From NCBI GenBank assembly GCA_030390025.1, contig CM059431.1, positions 101,186,001 through 101,250,000 of the forward strand: a stretch of 64,000 nt of DNA. Reading direction: 5' to 3'. The stretch is from Squalus acanthias (taxonomy: Eukaryota). Positions 49,070 through 62,039 of the stretch are shown here, in pieces. The number at the start of each line of letters is the position of its first letter. Within the stretch, counting starts at the first letter, position 1. A program made the position numbers and the translations under genes. The notes beneath the pieces were generated by a model, which worked only from the letters and a program-made list of their open reading frames with translations, made no database searches and had not been told where the DNA came from.

Positions 49070-49900
49070 CCCTCCCCTCCGATCCTTTCTCTTCCCCACT
49101 CGATCCTCTCCCCTCCGATTCTCTCTCTCTGCCCTCCGATCCTCCCTCTCTGCCCCCCTCCGATCCTCCCTCTCCCCCCCTCCGATCCTCCCTCTCCCCC
49201 CCTCCGATCCTCCCTCTCCCCCCCCTCCGATCCTCCCTCTCCCCCCCTCCGATCCTCCCTCTCCCCCCCTCCGATCCTCCCTCTCCCCCCCTCCGATCCT
49301 CCCTCTCCCCCCCTCCGATCCTCCCTCTCCCCCCCTCCGATCCTCCCTCTCCCCCCCTCCGATCCTCCCTCTCCCCCCCCTCCGATCCTCCCTCTCCCCC
49401 CCTCCGATCCTCCCTCTCCCCCCCTCCGATCCTCCCTCTCCCCCCCTCCGATCCTCCCTCTCCCCCCCTCCGATCCTCCCTCTCCCCCCCTCCGATCCTC
49501 CCTCTCCCCCCCTCCGATCCTCCCTCTCCCCCCCTCCGATCCTCCCTCTCCCCCCCTCCGATCCTCCCTCTCCCCCCCTCCGATCCTCCCTCTCCCCCCC
49601 TCCGATCCTCCCTCTCCCCCCCTCCGATCCTCCCTCTCCCCCCCTCCGATCCTCCCTCTCCCCCCCTCCGATCCTCCCTCTCCCCCCCTCCGATCCTCCC
49701 TCTCTCCCCCTCCGATCCTCCCTCTCTCCCCCTCCGATCCTCCCTCTCTCCCCCTCCGATCCTCCCTCTCTCCCCCTCCGATCCTCCCTCTCTCCCCCTC
49801 CGATCCTCCCTCTCTCCCCCTCCGATCCTCTCTCTCTTCCCCCTCCGATCCTCTCTCTTCCCCCTCCAATCCTCTCTCTCCACTCCGATTCTCTCTCTCT
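49070..49900. repeat. About 22-bp polypyrimidine/polypurine minisatellite, roughly 35 copies
   Basis: Unit ccgatcctccctctcccccc(c)t; source of the spurious long Pro/Ser and Gly/Glu/Arg ORFs. Confidence 0.95.
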
Positions 49901-50324
49901 CTCCTACTCCCCTCCGGTTTCTTCTCTTCCCCGCCCCGGCCAGCAAGGATCCAGTGACCTTCTCCCATGGAGCTGAAGAAAGCGTGGCCCACTACAGGCC
50001 GCAACTGTTGGGTACTGCGCATGTGCGGCCTTTGTAAACAGTGCACATGCGCAGAAGGCCACAAAAATGATCGTGCAGATAATCACAGCGGAAAAAGAGG
50101 CAGTTTAATAGGGCTGGGCAGATGGAGATGAGAGGACACGTAATGAAACCTCCAGGAATACGTCCAAATAAAGTTGGCAACCCTACAACTCTATGTAAAG
50201 TAGTACAAATAGCGTTTCTCCAAACACTAGGCTGAGATTTAAAATGCCCTGAAATCACCAGGAAGCAAAGTAAACTAACGCGTCTGTGTGTGTGTGTGGT
50301 TTCACCAACTTTATTGAAGACGTA

Positions 50325-50688
50325 TGGTAGTATAGCGGTTATGTCACTGGAGCAGCAATCCAGAGGCCTGGACTAATGATCCAGGGACTTGAGTTTAAAT
50401 CCCACCACAGCAGCTGGGGAATTTAAATTCAATAAATTTGGAATAAAAAGACTCGTGTCAGATTGTCATAAAAAACAATCTGGTTCACTAATGCCCTTTA
50501 GGGAAGGAAATCTGGTCTGGCCTATAAGTGACTCCAGACCCACAAAAATGCGGTTGACTCTGAAATGGCTGAGCAAGTCACTTATTCAAGGCGGTGTCTC
50601 ACCACTACCTTCTCCAGGGCAATTAGGGACAGGCAATAAATGCTGGCCTTGCCAGTGACGTCCACATCCTGAAAAGGAAAAAAAAAAT
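50325..50688 (+). mobile_element. Second tRNA-derived SINE family with a LINE-derived 3' tail
   Basis: Head ggtagtatagcggtta...gagtttaaatccc; tail gggcaattaggg...caataaatgctggccttgccag matches the LINE tail at 34925-35000. Older interrupted copy at about 1717-2605. Confidence 0.7.
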
Positions 50689-51237
50689 GGAGGAGTCTGA
50701 GAGCTGTTCTTATATACACTTCTTCAGGGTATTCATGCTTCTGAAGGGTAGAGAAAAGTTTGCTGCAATATTACTTTAAATTAATCTGTGGGAGTAGAAC
50801 CAGGGGACACAGGTTCAAACTAGGGGCGAGTACTTTTAGGGTAAATATCAAGAAATTCTTCTTCACACAGAGAGTGATACATGTGGATTAAAACTTCCAG
50901 ATGGAGTAGTGGAGGCAAAAAGCCTGGAATCATTTAAGGAACAATTGGATGCGACAGTGGGGCCTTAGGATCTCCCTGGATGGATGAAACAAGATAGGAC
51001 AAATTACTTCCCTGATCATAATTATCTTGTAAAGTTCTGTACACTTTGCCCCAACTTCAGGAGAGCACCCTCTACTGGACCAGTACGACGTACTACTGTC
51101 GTTCTCACTGGTCAGCCTGTGACCTCGGTATGCCTTATTTAGACCCAGTAAACAGGAAGTTGGGTCGTCGAAGCCGAGCCCATTCACAACTGTGCAAACT
51201 CGTTTTACTCAGAACCGTACACCCAACTGACAGACCA

Positions 51238-53050
51238 CCTGTAAATATTAGCACCGTCTCTGGATCCCTGTAAATATTAGCACCGTCTCTGGATCCCTGT
51301 AAATATTAGCACCGTCTCTGGAGCCCTGTAAATATTAGCACCGTCTCTGGATCCCTGTAAATATTAGCACCGTCCCTGGATCCCTGTAAATATTAGCACC
51401 GTCTCTGGATCCCTGTAAATATTAGCACCGTCTCTGGATCCTGTGTAAATATTAGCACCGTCTCTGGATCCCCTGTAAATATTAGCACCGTCTCTGGAGC
51501 CCTTTAAATATTAGCACCGTCTCTGGAGCCCTGTAAATATTAGCACCGTCTCTGGATCCTGTGTAAATATTAGCACCGTCTCTGGATCCTGTGCAAATAT
51601 TAGCACCGTCTCTGGATCCTGTAAATATTAGCACCGTCTCTGGGTCCCTGTAAATATTAGCACCGTCTCTGGATCCTGTAAATATTAGCACCGTCTCTGG
51701 ATCCCTGTAAATATTAGCACCGTCCCTGGATCCCTGTAAATATTAGCACCGTCTCTGGATCCCTGTAAATATTAGCACCGTCTCTGGGTCCCTGTAAATA
51801 TTAGCACTGTCTCTGGATCCTGTAAATATTAGCACCGTCTCTGGATCCCTGTAAATATTAGCACCGTCTCTGGATCCCTGTAAATATTAGCACCGTCTCT
51901 GGATCCTGTAAATATTAGCACCGTCTCTGGATCCTGTAAATATTAGCACCGTCTCTGGATCCTGTGTAAATATTAGCAACGTCTCTGGATCCTGTGTAAA
52001 TATTAGCACCCTCTCTCGGTCCCTGTAAATATTAGCACCGTCTCTGGATCCTGTAAATATTAGCACCGTCTCTCGGTCCCTGTAAATATTAGCACCGTCT
52101 CTGGATCCTGTAAATATTAGCACCGTCTCTGGATCCTGTAAATATTAGCACCGTCTCTGGGTCCCTGTAAATATTAGCACCGTCTCTGGATCCCTGTAAA
52201 TATTAGCACCGTCTCTGGATCCCTGTAAATATTAGCACCGTCTCTGGATCCTGTAAATATTAGCACCGTCTCTGGATCCTGTGTAAATATTAGCACCGTC
52301 TCTGGATCCTGTGTAAATATTAGCACCGTCTCTGGATCCTGTGTAAATATTAGCACCGTCTCTGGATCCTGTGTAAATATTAGCACCGTCTCTGGATCCT
52401 GTGTAAATATTAGCACCGTCACTGGATCCCTGTAAATATTAGCACCATCACTGGATCCCTGTAAAGATTAGCACTGTCTCTGGATCCCTGTAAATATTAG
52501 CACCGTCACTGGATCCCTGTAAATATTAGCACCATCACTGGATCCCTGTAAATATTAGCACTGTCTCTGGATCCCTGTAAATATTAGCACCGTCTCTGGA
52601 TCCCTGTAAATATTAGCACCGTCTCTGGATCCTGTGTAAATATTAGCACCGTCACTGGATCCCTGTAAATATTAGCACCATCACTGGATCCCTGTAAATA
52701 TTAGCACCGTCTCTGGATCCTGTAAATATTAGCACCGTCACTGGATCCCCTGTAAATATTAGCACCGTCTCTGGATCCTGTGTAAATATTAGCACCGTCA
52801 CTGGATCCCTGTAAATATTAGCACCATCACTGGATCCCCTGTAAATATTAGCACCGTCACTGGATCCCTGTAAATATTAGCACCGTCACTGGATCCCTGT
52901 AAATATTAGCACCGTCACTGGATCCCTGTAAATATTAGCACCGTCACTATATCCCTGTAAATATTAGCACCGTCTCTGGATCCTGTGTAAATATTAGCAC
53001 CGTCTCTGGATCCTGTAAATATTAGCACCGTCTCTGGATCCCCTGTAAAT
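51238..53050. repeat. 28-30-bp minisatellite, about 60 copies
   Basis: Unit ctgtaaatattagcaccgtctctggatcc, head to tail, with no unique spacers. Confidence 0.96.
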
Positions 53051-53289
53051 CTTACAACAGACAGAGAGGGCTTCAATACATCATGGTAAGCTGGACTAGA
53101 TCCCACATCCCAAAAGTGAAAGATCGTTTGTAACCACCCAGTCCACCAGCTTTTAAGGCCATTTTAAAATTGATATTCCATGACTATTAAATATTTACAG
53201 CAATACAATAGACTCCTGTACATTTCCCTCTGTGGTATCAGAATGCATTCAACACCCATACACCCATTGGTCACAGTAAGATCATGCCC

Positions 53290-54265
53290 TAATAGAGGTC
53301 TTCAAAATTATGAAATGTTTTGATAGAGTAGGCACAGAGAGAGTGTTTCCACTTGTAGGGAAGAGCAAAACTAGAGGCAGTCAATATACAGGGCCTGTAC
53401 AACATACAATTGTACAGGGCCTTGGTGAGACCACACCTGGAGTACTGTGCACAGTTTTAGTCTCCTTATCTAAGGAAGGATATACTTGCCTTGGAGACGA
53501 TGCAACAAAGGTTCACTAGATTGATTCCTGGGATGAGAGGGCTGTCCGATGAGGAGAGATTGAGTAGATTGGGCCTATACTCTCTGGAGTTTAGAAGAAT
53601 GAGAGGTGATCTCATTGAAACATACAAGATTCTGAAGGGGATTGACAGGGTAGATGCTGAGAGGTTGTTTTCCCTGGCTGGAGTGTCTAACACTAGGGCG
53701 GATAGTCTCAGGATAAAGGGTAGGCCATTTAAGTCTGAGATAAGGAGGAATTTCTTCACTCAGAGGGTTGTGAATCTTTGGAATTCTCTAGAGGGCTGTG
53801 GATGCTGAGTCTTTGAGTATATTCAAGGCTGAGATAGATAGATTTTTGGACTCTCAGGGAATCAAGGGATATGGAGATCGGGTGGGAAAGTGGAGTTGAG
53901 GTCGATGATCAGCCATGATCTTATTGAATGGCGGAGCAGGCTCGAGGGGCCGTATGGCCTACTCCTGCTCTTATTTCTTATGTTCTTATGAGATAGTCAG
54001 CAAGTAATTCAATGGGGAATTCAGAAGAAAATTCTTTACCCAGAGAGTGGTGAGAATGTGGAACTCGCTACCACAGGGAGTGGTTGAGGTGAATAGTATA
54101 GATGCATTTAAGGGGAGGCTAGATAAGCATATGAGGGAGAAGGGAATAGAAGGATATGCTGATAGAGTGAGATGAGGGACGATGGGGGGAGGCTCGAGTG
54201 GAGCATAAATGCTGGCATGGACTGGTTGGGCCGAATGGCCTGTTTCTGTGCCGTATATCCTATGT
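53290..54265 (+). mobile_element. Nested CR1 3' fragments (one inside another)
   Basis: Inner fragment about 53400-53990 (QQRFTRLIPGMRGLSDEERL); outer subfamily at 53290-53385 resumes at 53990. Confidence 0.85.
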
Positions 54266-54504
54266 AGACACATGTATTTTTTAAGAATGCACGTGGAACT
54301 TGCTTTCTCATTATTTCTACCTATAAGCTCAATACAGCTACTCTTAGTTTCCCCAAAAAAATATAACACGGGACAGCATTGTACAGGACTCCATTGTATT
54401 GTACAGGAGAGGGTGATTGGGTGACAAACCCACGGGAAAAGAGAGGCAAGCGAGCATTCTGATGTTGGAAATGAGATGCTTTGACTTGCTACCTACAACA
54501 GAAA

Positions 54505-55236
54505 GGCCCAGATCTTGCTGGCTTGGGGCATCTCGTAGCATGCCCCGTTAGTTAGACCTTTTCCCTCACCCTTCAGCTCAAAAGTTTTTGCCCTGTAATG
54601 AGCTGATAACAGCGCGGCGAGGGCAGCGGGGCATCTGGGACCTCGGTGAACGACGGGACCAACAGTCTGTCTCCTTAACCCATGAGATTTAAGGATTGAG
54701 AAAGAAACAGAGGAACGACGGAGAAGGAAATCGGGTGAATTAGAGTCAAATCAGGTACAGAAAGGGAAATAAAGAGAGGGAAAAAAAGATTGGATTAAGA
54801 GTGAGAAGAAAAAAGAGACGGAAAGGAAAAGTAAGAAAAAAAATTTCTAAGAAGAATTTACTAGCTGCAGGAATGAAACTCTGCAGTTTACATTGTTCCC
54901 TTTCTGGGCCAGAGAAGGTGGATTGGCATCGCATTAACAATGATCTCGTCAATAAAAAGGTACTTACGCTCTTAATTACCAGCCCTAACTGTCTACGGCG
55001 AGCTGAATGGGCAATTGATGTGCGAATCCAGCAAGTTGTTAAAAATAACGGGGAGGCTGAGGGCGAGATGCCGTTTGTGCGAAGCAAACAGCGGAGCGAC
55101 GTAAATCCACCAGCAAGTTCTGGAGATTCACAACTCGCGGTGTATCTCTCCATTCCCTGAACTCGCTGGCCGATTTACGCATTAATAACGGTGCGCGACG
55201 TGAACACACCGTTACAGCTCCAGCAAGTTTCGGCTT
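54505..55236 (+). mobile_element. MITE family B, second copy
   Basis: Shares gagctgataac...ggacctcggtgaacgacgggaccaacagtct...gagaaggaaatcgggtgaatt with 28428-28570; imperfect TIR ggcccagatcttgctgg / ccagcaagtttcggc. Confidence 0.72.
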
Positions 55237-55427
55237 TTGGCTACACCTAGACATCACAAACTGTCTATAAATACCATCACATCCCACTTTGATCTGCATT
55301 ATTGATACCAAGAATCTTCCCAGTTTAAGTCTGTGAATTCCACATCTTATTTTAATGTGAGGTCACTGGCTGCCTTTCCCTGCTGACTACAAAATGCTCA
55401 CACATTCCCACCAGATGAAAAGATAAT

Positions 55428-56170
55428 GGCCCAGAAATTGATCTCGCTCTGTTCCCGCGGGGGTAAGGCTTCCCCGCGATCTCTCACTCCGCTTGTGCTT
55501 TTTCAGATCCAGCTCGCACGAACTTGATGTTCCAGACATCAGCTGGGCAGTGCTTGCGTATCCCAGCGGCGTAGTGAATTCGTGCGAGCTGTGGGATCAC
55601 GTGACTCAGTTAGAGCCAATGGCAGCACACCATCTTCCATTCATAAGTTTCACATACGTGCTGTGAAATCTATGAATCTTACACACCCCCAAAATAACAG
55701 CTAAACCTCAGTTAAATTTAAAAAAAACCATCACATTAATGAAATAAGTATAGTTAATTAAATTAACCATTTTAAATAAAAAATTAAATTTTTGAAATTT
55801 TTTTAAATCTTTTAAAAAGTTATAAAAATAAACTTACCTGTCTTTAAAGTCTCTAAAAAAGATATACCTGTTAAAAAAAATTCAAAAAAATACTTAATTC
55901 ACTACTTACCTTCTTAAAAGTGGGTCTTACTCCTCCTTTTTCCATTTCTAAAATCTTCCGTACTTACCTGCGCGTCCAAAGCATGAAGTGCACAGCGTGC
56001 GCGCAGCCTGTAGCGCGCACGCGATGCACCGAAGAACCGCCCCCTTTTCAAAAGAGCAATTGCCGGTTTTCAGCGCATGCGCAGGGCATGCAGAAAACCG
56101 GCAATTGGAGTGGGAATACGCGAGAGTACGCAGTGCGTACTCTCGCGTCGCGGGATCAATTTCTGGGCCC
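55428..56170 (-). mobile_element. MITE family A, inverted copy
   Basis: TIRs ggcccagaaattgatc / gatcaatttctgggcc; AT core homologous to 23960-24190. Confidence 0.8.
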
Positions 56171-56267
56171 ATATAAACATATTTTTTTTATCAGTTTACT
56201 AAATGGATGCCATGAGAGTAGTATACATCAATAGGTGGCACTAACAACCCACCACAGACACATGCAC

Positions 56268-57065
56268 TACCGATAAATGAGTGTTACATTTTGGCAGGAA
56301 GAATAAAGAGTCCACATACTGCTTAGAAAATAAGAGTGTAAATGGGGTAGAGGAGCAAAGGGATCTAGAGGTACAGATACACAAATCACTAAAAGTAGCA
56401 ACGCAGGTTAATAAGGACAAAAAAATAAAGCAAAACAATCACTGGGGTTAATTGTTAAAGGGACAGAATTGAAAAGTAGAGAAGTTATGTTAAACTTGTA
56501 TCGAACCTTGGTTCGACCACACCTGGAGTACGGTGCACATTTCTGGTCTCCATATTATGAAAAGGATATAGAGATACTGGAGAAGGTACAAAACAGATTC
56601 ACAAGGATGATACTAGAAATGAGAAGATATACTTAGCAGGAAAGGCTGGGGCTCTTTTTCTCTGGAAAAGCGAAGGCTGAGTGGTGACTCGATAGAGGTC
56701 TTTAAAATTCTGAAGGGGTTTGACAGGGTAGATGTAGAGAAGATGCTTCCATTTGTGGGGAGTCCAAAACTGGGGGCCATAAATATACGATAGTCACTAA
56801 TAAATCCAATAGAGAATTCAGGAGAAAGTTCTTGACCCAGAGAGTGGTGAGAATGTGGATCGCGTTACCACAGGGAGTGGTTGAGGCGAAGAGCATGGAT
56901 GCATTTAAGGGGACGCTGGATCAGCACATGAGGGAGAAAGGAATAGAAGGCTATGCTGATAGGATGAGATGAAGAGGGGTGGGAGGAGGCTGGTGTGGAG
57001 CTTAAACACCGGCATGGACCAGTTAGGCCGAACAGCCTGTTTTTGTGCTGTACGTTCTATGTAAT
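56268..57065 (+). mobile_element. Degenerate CR1 3' fragment
   Basis: accacacctggagtac...ttctggtctcc, acccagagagtggtgagaatgtgg; tail ttctatgtaattc. Confidence 0.8.
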
Positions 57066-58010
57066 TCAATGTAAAGAAGTGGAATTCCGCCCCCCACTCC
57101 TCCAAACTGATCACACCAATAAATTGAACAAAAACCAGGTCGCCTTTGTTACAGGTCTCACAAGCCATAAGCTGCTGCTGTCTGCTTGACACTGAAATTC
57201 TTACTCCTCTTCGGTGACTTTCAAGAAACGATCTATACTTCAGGGAATGGAATGGTATGAATGAAGCAGTCCTCGGTAGGAATATAAAATGAAGAAATAT
57301 TTACAATTTATAATTAATACAATATAAAGTTCATTTTTAAATGGTACCATTTGTAGCAAAACCGTGACTCTGCATATATATCTATCAATTAGATTAACAT
57401 AAGAACGTAAGAAATAGGAGCAGGAGTCGGCCATTTGGCCCTTCGAGCCTGCTCCAACATTCAATAAGATCATGGCTGATCTTCTACCTCATCTCCACTT
57501 TCCTGCACTATCCCCATTTCCCTTGATTCCCTTAATATTCAAAAATCTATCGATCTCTGTCTTGAATATACTCAACGACTGAGCCTCCACAGCCCTCTGG
57601 GGTAGAGAATTCCAAAGATTCACCACCCTCTGAGTGAAGAAATTTCTCCTCATCTCAGTTCTAAATGGACGACCCCTTATTCTGAGACTGTGACCCCTGG
57701 TTCTAGACTCCCCAGCCAGGGGAAACATCCTCCCTGCATCTACCCTGTCAAGTCCTGTCAGAATTTTGTATGTTTCAATGAGATCACATCTCATTCTTCT
57801 AAACGCTAGAGAATATAGGCCTAGTTTACTCAATCTCTCCTCATAGGACAATCCCCCCATCCCAGGAATCAGTCTGGTGAACCTTCGTTGCACTCCCTCA
57901 ATGGCAAAGTATATCCTTCCTTAGATAAGGAGACCAAAACTGTACACAATACTCCAGGTGTGGTCTCACCAGGGCCCTATATAATTGCAGTAAGACATCT
58001 TGACTCTTAT

Positions 58011-60930
58011 TACCAGGTTATTTAACGATCAGGAAGGACAGGCAGGAAGGAAGGGGAGGTGGGGTGGCTATGTTAATAAAGGAAGGAATCACTGTAATAC
58101 AGAGTAATGATATTGGGTCAAAAAATCATGATAATGAAACAGTTTGGGTGGAGATAAGGAATAATAAGGGGAAAAAAACACTAGTGGGCGTAGTCTATAG
58201 GCCTCCGAACAGTTGCAACTCTGTTGGACGGAGTATCAATCAGGAAATAGTTGAGGCATGTAATAAGGGAACATCTATAATTATGGGGGATTTTAACTAT
58301 CATATTAATTGGACAAATCAAATGGGGCAGGGCTGCCTTGAGGATGAGTTCATTGAGTGTATTAGGGATGGGTTTCTTGAGCAGTATGTAACTGAACCGA
58401 CCAGGGGGCAAGCAACCTTAGATCTGGTCCTGTGTAACGAGACAGGATTAATTAAAAATGTCCTAGTAAAGGATCCCCTTGAAATGAGTGACCATAACAT
58501 GGTTGAATTCCATATTCAATTAGAGGGTGAGAAGGTTGGATCTCAAACAAGCGTGCTAAGCTTGAATAAAGGAGACTATGAAGGTATGCGAGCGGAATTG
58601 AGTAGAGTGGATTGGGAAAATAGATTAAAGGGTAAGACGACACATGATCAGTGGTGTACATTCAAGGAGTTATTTTACAACTTCCAAAAAAAATATATTC
58701 CACTGAAAAGAAAAGGGTGTAAAAGAAAGGACAGTCATCCGTGGCTAAGTAAAGAAATTAAGGATAGTATTCGACTAAAAACAAGGGCATATAAGGTAGC
58801 GAAATCTAGTGGGAGGACAGAGGATTGGGAAAACTTTAAAAGGCAGCAAAAAATAACAAAAAGATTGATTAAGAAAGGGAAGATAGATTATGAAAGTAAA
58901 TTAGCAAAAAATATAAAAACAGATAGTAAGAGTTTTTATAGTTATATAAAAAGAAAAAGGGCGGCTAAAGTAAATGTTGGTCCCTTGGAGGATGAGACCG
59001 GGAAATTAATGGTGGGAAATATGGAGATGGCAAAAACACTGAATGAATATTTTGTATCAGTCTTTACAGTAGAGGACACTAAGAATATCCCAACACTGGA
59101 CAAACAGGGGGCAATAGGGGGAGAGGAGCTAAACACGATCAAAATCACTAAGGAAGTGGTACTCGGTAAAATAATGGGACTCAAGGCGGATAAATCACCT
59201 GGACCTGATGGCTTACATCCTAGAGTCTTGAAGGAAGTGGCGGTAGGGATTGTAGATGCATTGGTAATAATTTTTCAAAACTCCCTGGATTCCGCTAAGG
59301 TCCCGGCAGACTGGAAAACTGCTAATGTAACACCCTTATTTAAAAAGGGCAGTAGACAGAAGGCTGGTAACTATAGACCGGTTAGCCTAACATCTGTGGT
59401 AGGTAAAATTTTGGAGTCCATTATTAAGGAAACAGTAACAGGACATTTGGATAATCATAATTTAATAGGACAAAGTCAGCATGGTTTTACGAAGGGGAAG
59501 TCATGTTTGACAAATTTGCTGGAGTTCTTTGAGGAAGTAACATATAGAGTGGATAAAGGGGAACCAGTGGACGTAGTGTATTTAGACATCCAAAAGGCAT
59601 TTGACAAGGTGCCACACAAAAGATTATTGCTTAAGGTAAAAAATCACGGGATTGGGGGTAATATTCTGGCATGGATAGAGGATTGGCTATCTAACAGAAA
59701 GCAAAGAGTTGGGATAAATGGTTCATTCTCAGACTGGCAATCAGTAACTAGTGGTGTTCCACAGGGGTCAGTGCTGGGTCCCCAACTCTTTACAATCTAT
59801 ATTAACGATTTGGAGGAAGGGACCAAGTGTAACATATCAAAATTTGCAGATGATACAAAGATGGGAGGGAAAGTAGTGAGTGAGGAGGACATAAAAAACC
59901 TGCAAGGGGACATAGACAGGCTAAGTAAGTGGGCAGAGATTTGGCAGATGGAATACAACACTGGAAAGTGTGAGGTGATGCACTTTGGCAGGAAAAATCC
60001 TAGAGCAATTTATTATCTTAATGGCAAGAAACTGGAGAGTACTGAAGTGCAAAGGGATCTGGGGGTCCTGGTGCACGAAACTCAAAAGGTTAGTATGCAG
60101 GTGCAGCAAGTGATTAAGAAGGCAAATGGAATGTTGGCTTTCATTGCTAGGGGGATAGAATATAAAAATAGGGAGGTATTGCTTCAGTTGTACAAGGTAT
60201 TGGTGAGACCGCACCTGGAATACTGCATACAGTTTTGGTGTCCTTACTTAAGGAAAGACATCCTTGCTCTCGAGGCAGTGCAAAAAAGGTTCACTTGGTT
60301 AATCCCGGGGATGAGGGGGTGGTCATATGAGGAGAGGTTGGGTAGATTGGGACTCTACTCATTGGAGTTCAGAAGAATGAGAGGCGATCTTATTGAAACA
60401 TATAAGATTGTGAAGGGGTTGGATCGGGTGGATGCGGGGAGGATGTTCCCGATGACGGGTGAGACTAGAACTAGGGGACATAGTCTTAGAATAAGGGGCT
60501 GCTCTTTCAAAACTGAGATGAGGAGGAACTACTTCACTCAGAGGGTGGTAGGTCCATGGAATATGCTGCCACAAAAAGCTGTAGAAGCTACATCATTAAA
60601 TAAATTTAAAACAGAAATAGACAGTTTCCTAGAAGTAAAGGGCATTAAGGGTTACGGGGAGCGGGCAGGAATTTGGACATGAGTCTAGGTTCGGATCGGT
60701 CATGGCCCTGTGGGTAGTGGAGCGGGCCCAGGGACAGTGTAGCCTGATTCTGCTCCTATTTCGTGTGTGCAATTCTGTTAGATGCAGGAGATGGTTCTGT
60801 GATAGATAGTAGATTGGCGGTTAGGATCAGATCAGCCATGATCTTATTGAATGGCGGAGCAGGCTCGAGGGGCCGATTGGCCTACTCCTGCTCCTATTTC
60901 TTATGTTCTTATGTTATGTTCTTATGTTCT
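58011..60930 (+). mobile_element. Very young 5'-truncated CR1 LINE with uninterrupted 872-aa ORF2 portion (58064-60682)
   Basis: Endonuclease motifs VYRPP, MGDFN, LDL, SDHN and a complete RT with KFADD, no stops; extended 3' UTR and (ttcttatg)n tail; inserted antisense within an older CR1. Confidence 0.96.
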
Positions 60931-62039
60931 TATACTCAAATCCTCTTGTAATAAAGGCCAACATACCATTTGCTTTCCTAATTGCTTGCTGTACCTGCAT
61001 GTTAACTTTTAGTGATTCTTGTACAAGGACACCCAGGTCCCTCTGAACACCAACATTTCCCAATCTCTTACCTTTTAAAAAATACTCTGCTTTTCTATTT
61101 TTCCTACCAAAGTGGATAACTTCACATTTCTCCACATTATATTCCATTTGCCATGTTCTTGCCCACTCACTTAGCCTGTCCATATCCCCTTGAAGCCTCC
61201 TTGCATCCTCCTCACAACTTACATTCCCACCCAGCTTTGTATCATCAGCAAATTTGGATAGATTACATTTGGTCCCCTCATCCAAATCATTGATGCAGAT
61301 TGTGAATAGCTGAGGCCCAAGCACTGATCCTTGCGGTACCCCCACTAGTTACAGCCTGCCAATCTGAAAATGACCCGTTTATTCCTACTCTCTGTTTTCT
61401 GTCCGTTAACCAATCCTCAATCCATGCTAGTATATTACCCCCAATCCCATGAGCCCTAATTTTGTTTAATAACCTCTTGTGTGGCACCTTATCGAATGCC
61501 TTCTGAAAATCCAAATACACCACATCCACTGGTTCCCCCTTATCTATTCTGCTAATTACAACCTCATAAAACTCTTAACAGATTCGTCAAACACGATTTC
61601 CCTTTCATAAATCCGTGTCCAATCCTATTATTATTTTCTAAGTGCCCTGTTACCACGTCCTTAATAATAGATTCTAGCATTTTCCCTACTACTGATGTCA
61701 GGCTAACTGGTCTGTAGTTCCCGTTTTCTCTCTCCCTCCTTTCTTAAATAGTGGGATTACATTTGCGACCTTCCAAACCGCGGGAGCCGTTCTAGAATCT
61801 ATGGAATTTTGGAAAATGACAACCAATGCATCCACTATCTCTATAACTACCTCTTTCAAAACCCTAGGATGCAGGCCATCAGGTCCACGAGATTTATCGG
61901 CTTTCAGTCCCATTAATTTCTCCAGTATTATTTTTTTACGAATACTAATTTCTTTCAGTTCCTCATTCTCGTTAGAGCCTTGGTTCTCCACTATTTCCGG
62001 GAAGTTTTTTGCGTCTTCTTCTGTGAAGATAGACACAAA

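Larger units (their letters stand above)
47308..50185. mobile_element. Possible old non-autonomous DNA transposon (TAGGGTTGCCAA-type TIR, hAT-like) enlarged by a MITE and a minisatellite
   Basis: Ends taaggtcgccaa / ttggcaacccta; flanks tcactgta/caactcta (5/8). Right end gaaacctccaggaata...aaagttggcaaccc recurs at 46618-46657. The two ends could belong to separate copies. Confidence 0.5.

Noticed and set aside
48884..50064. Four overlapping 300-370 aa ORFs (Pro/Ser/Leu-rich and Gly/Glu/Arg-rich)
   Set aside because: Artefacts of a stop-free 22-bp minisatellite that is open on both strands.
51238..53050. 29-bp repeats resembling a CRISPR array
   Set aside because: Units are head to tail with no unique spacers, there are no cas genes, and the context is a vertebrate genome.
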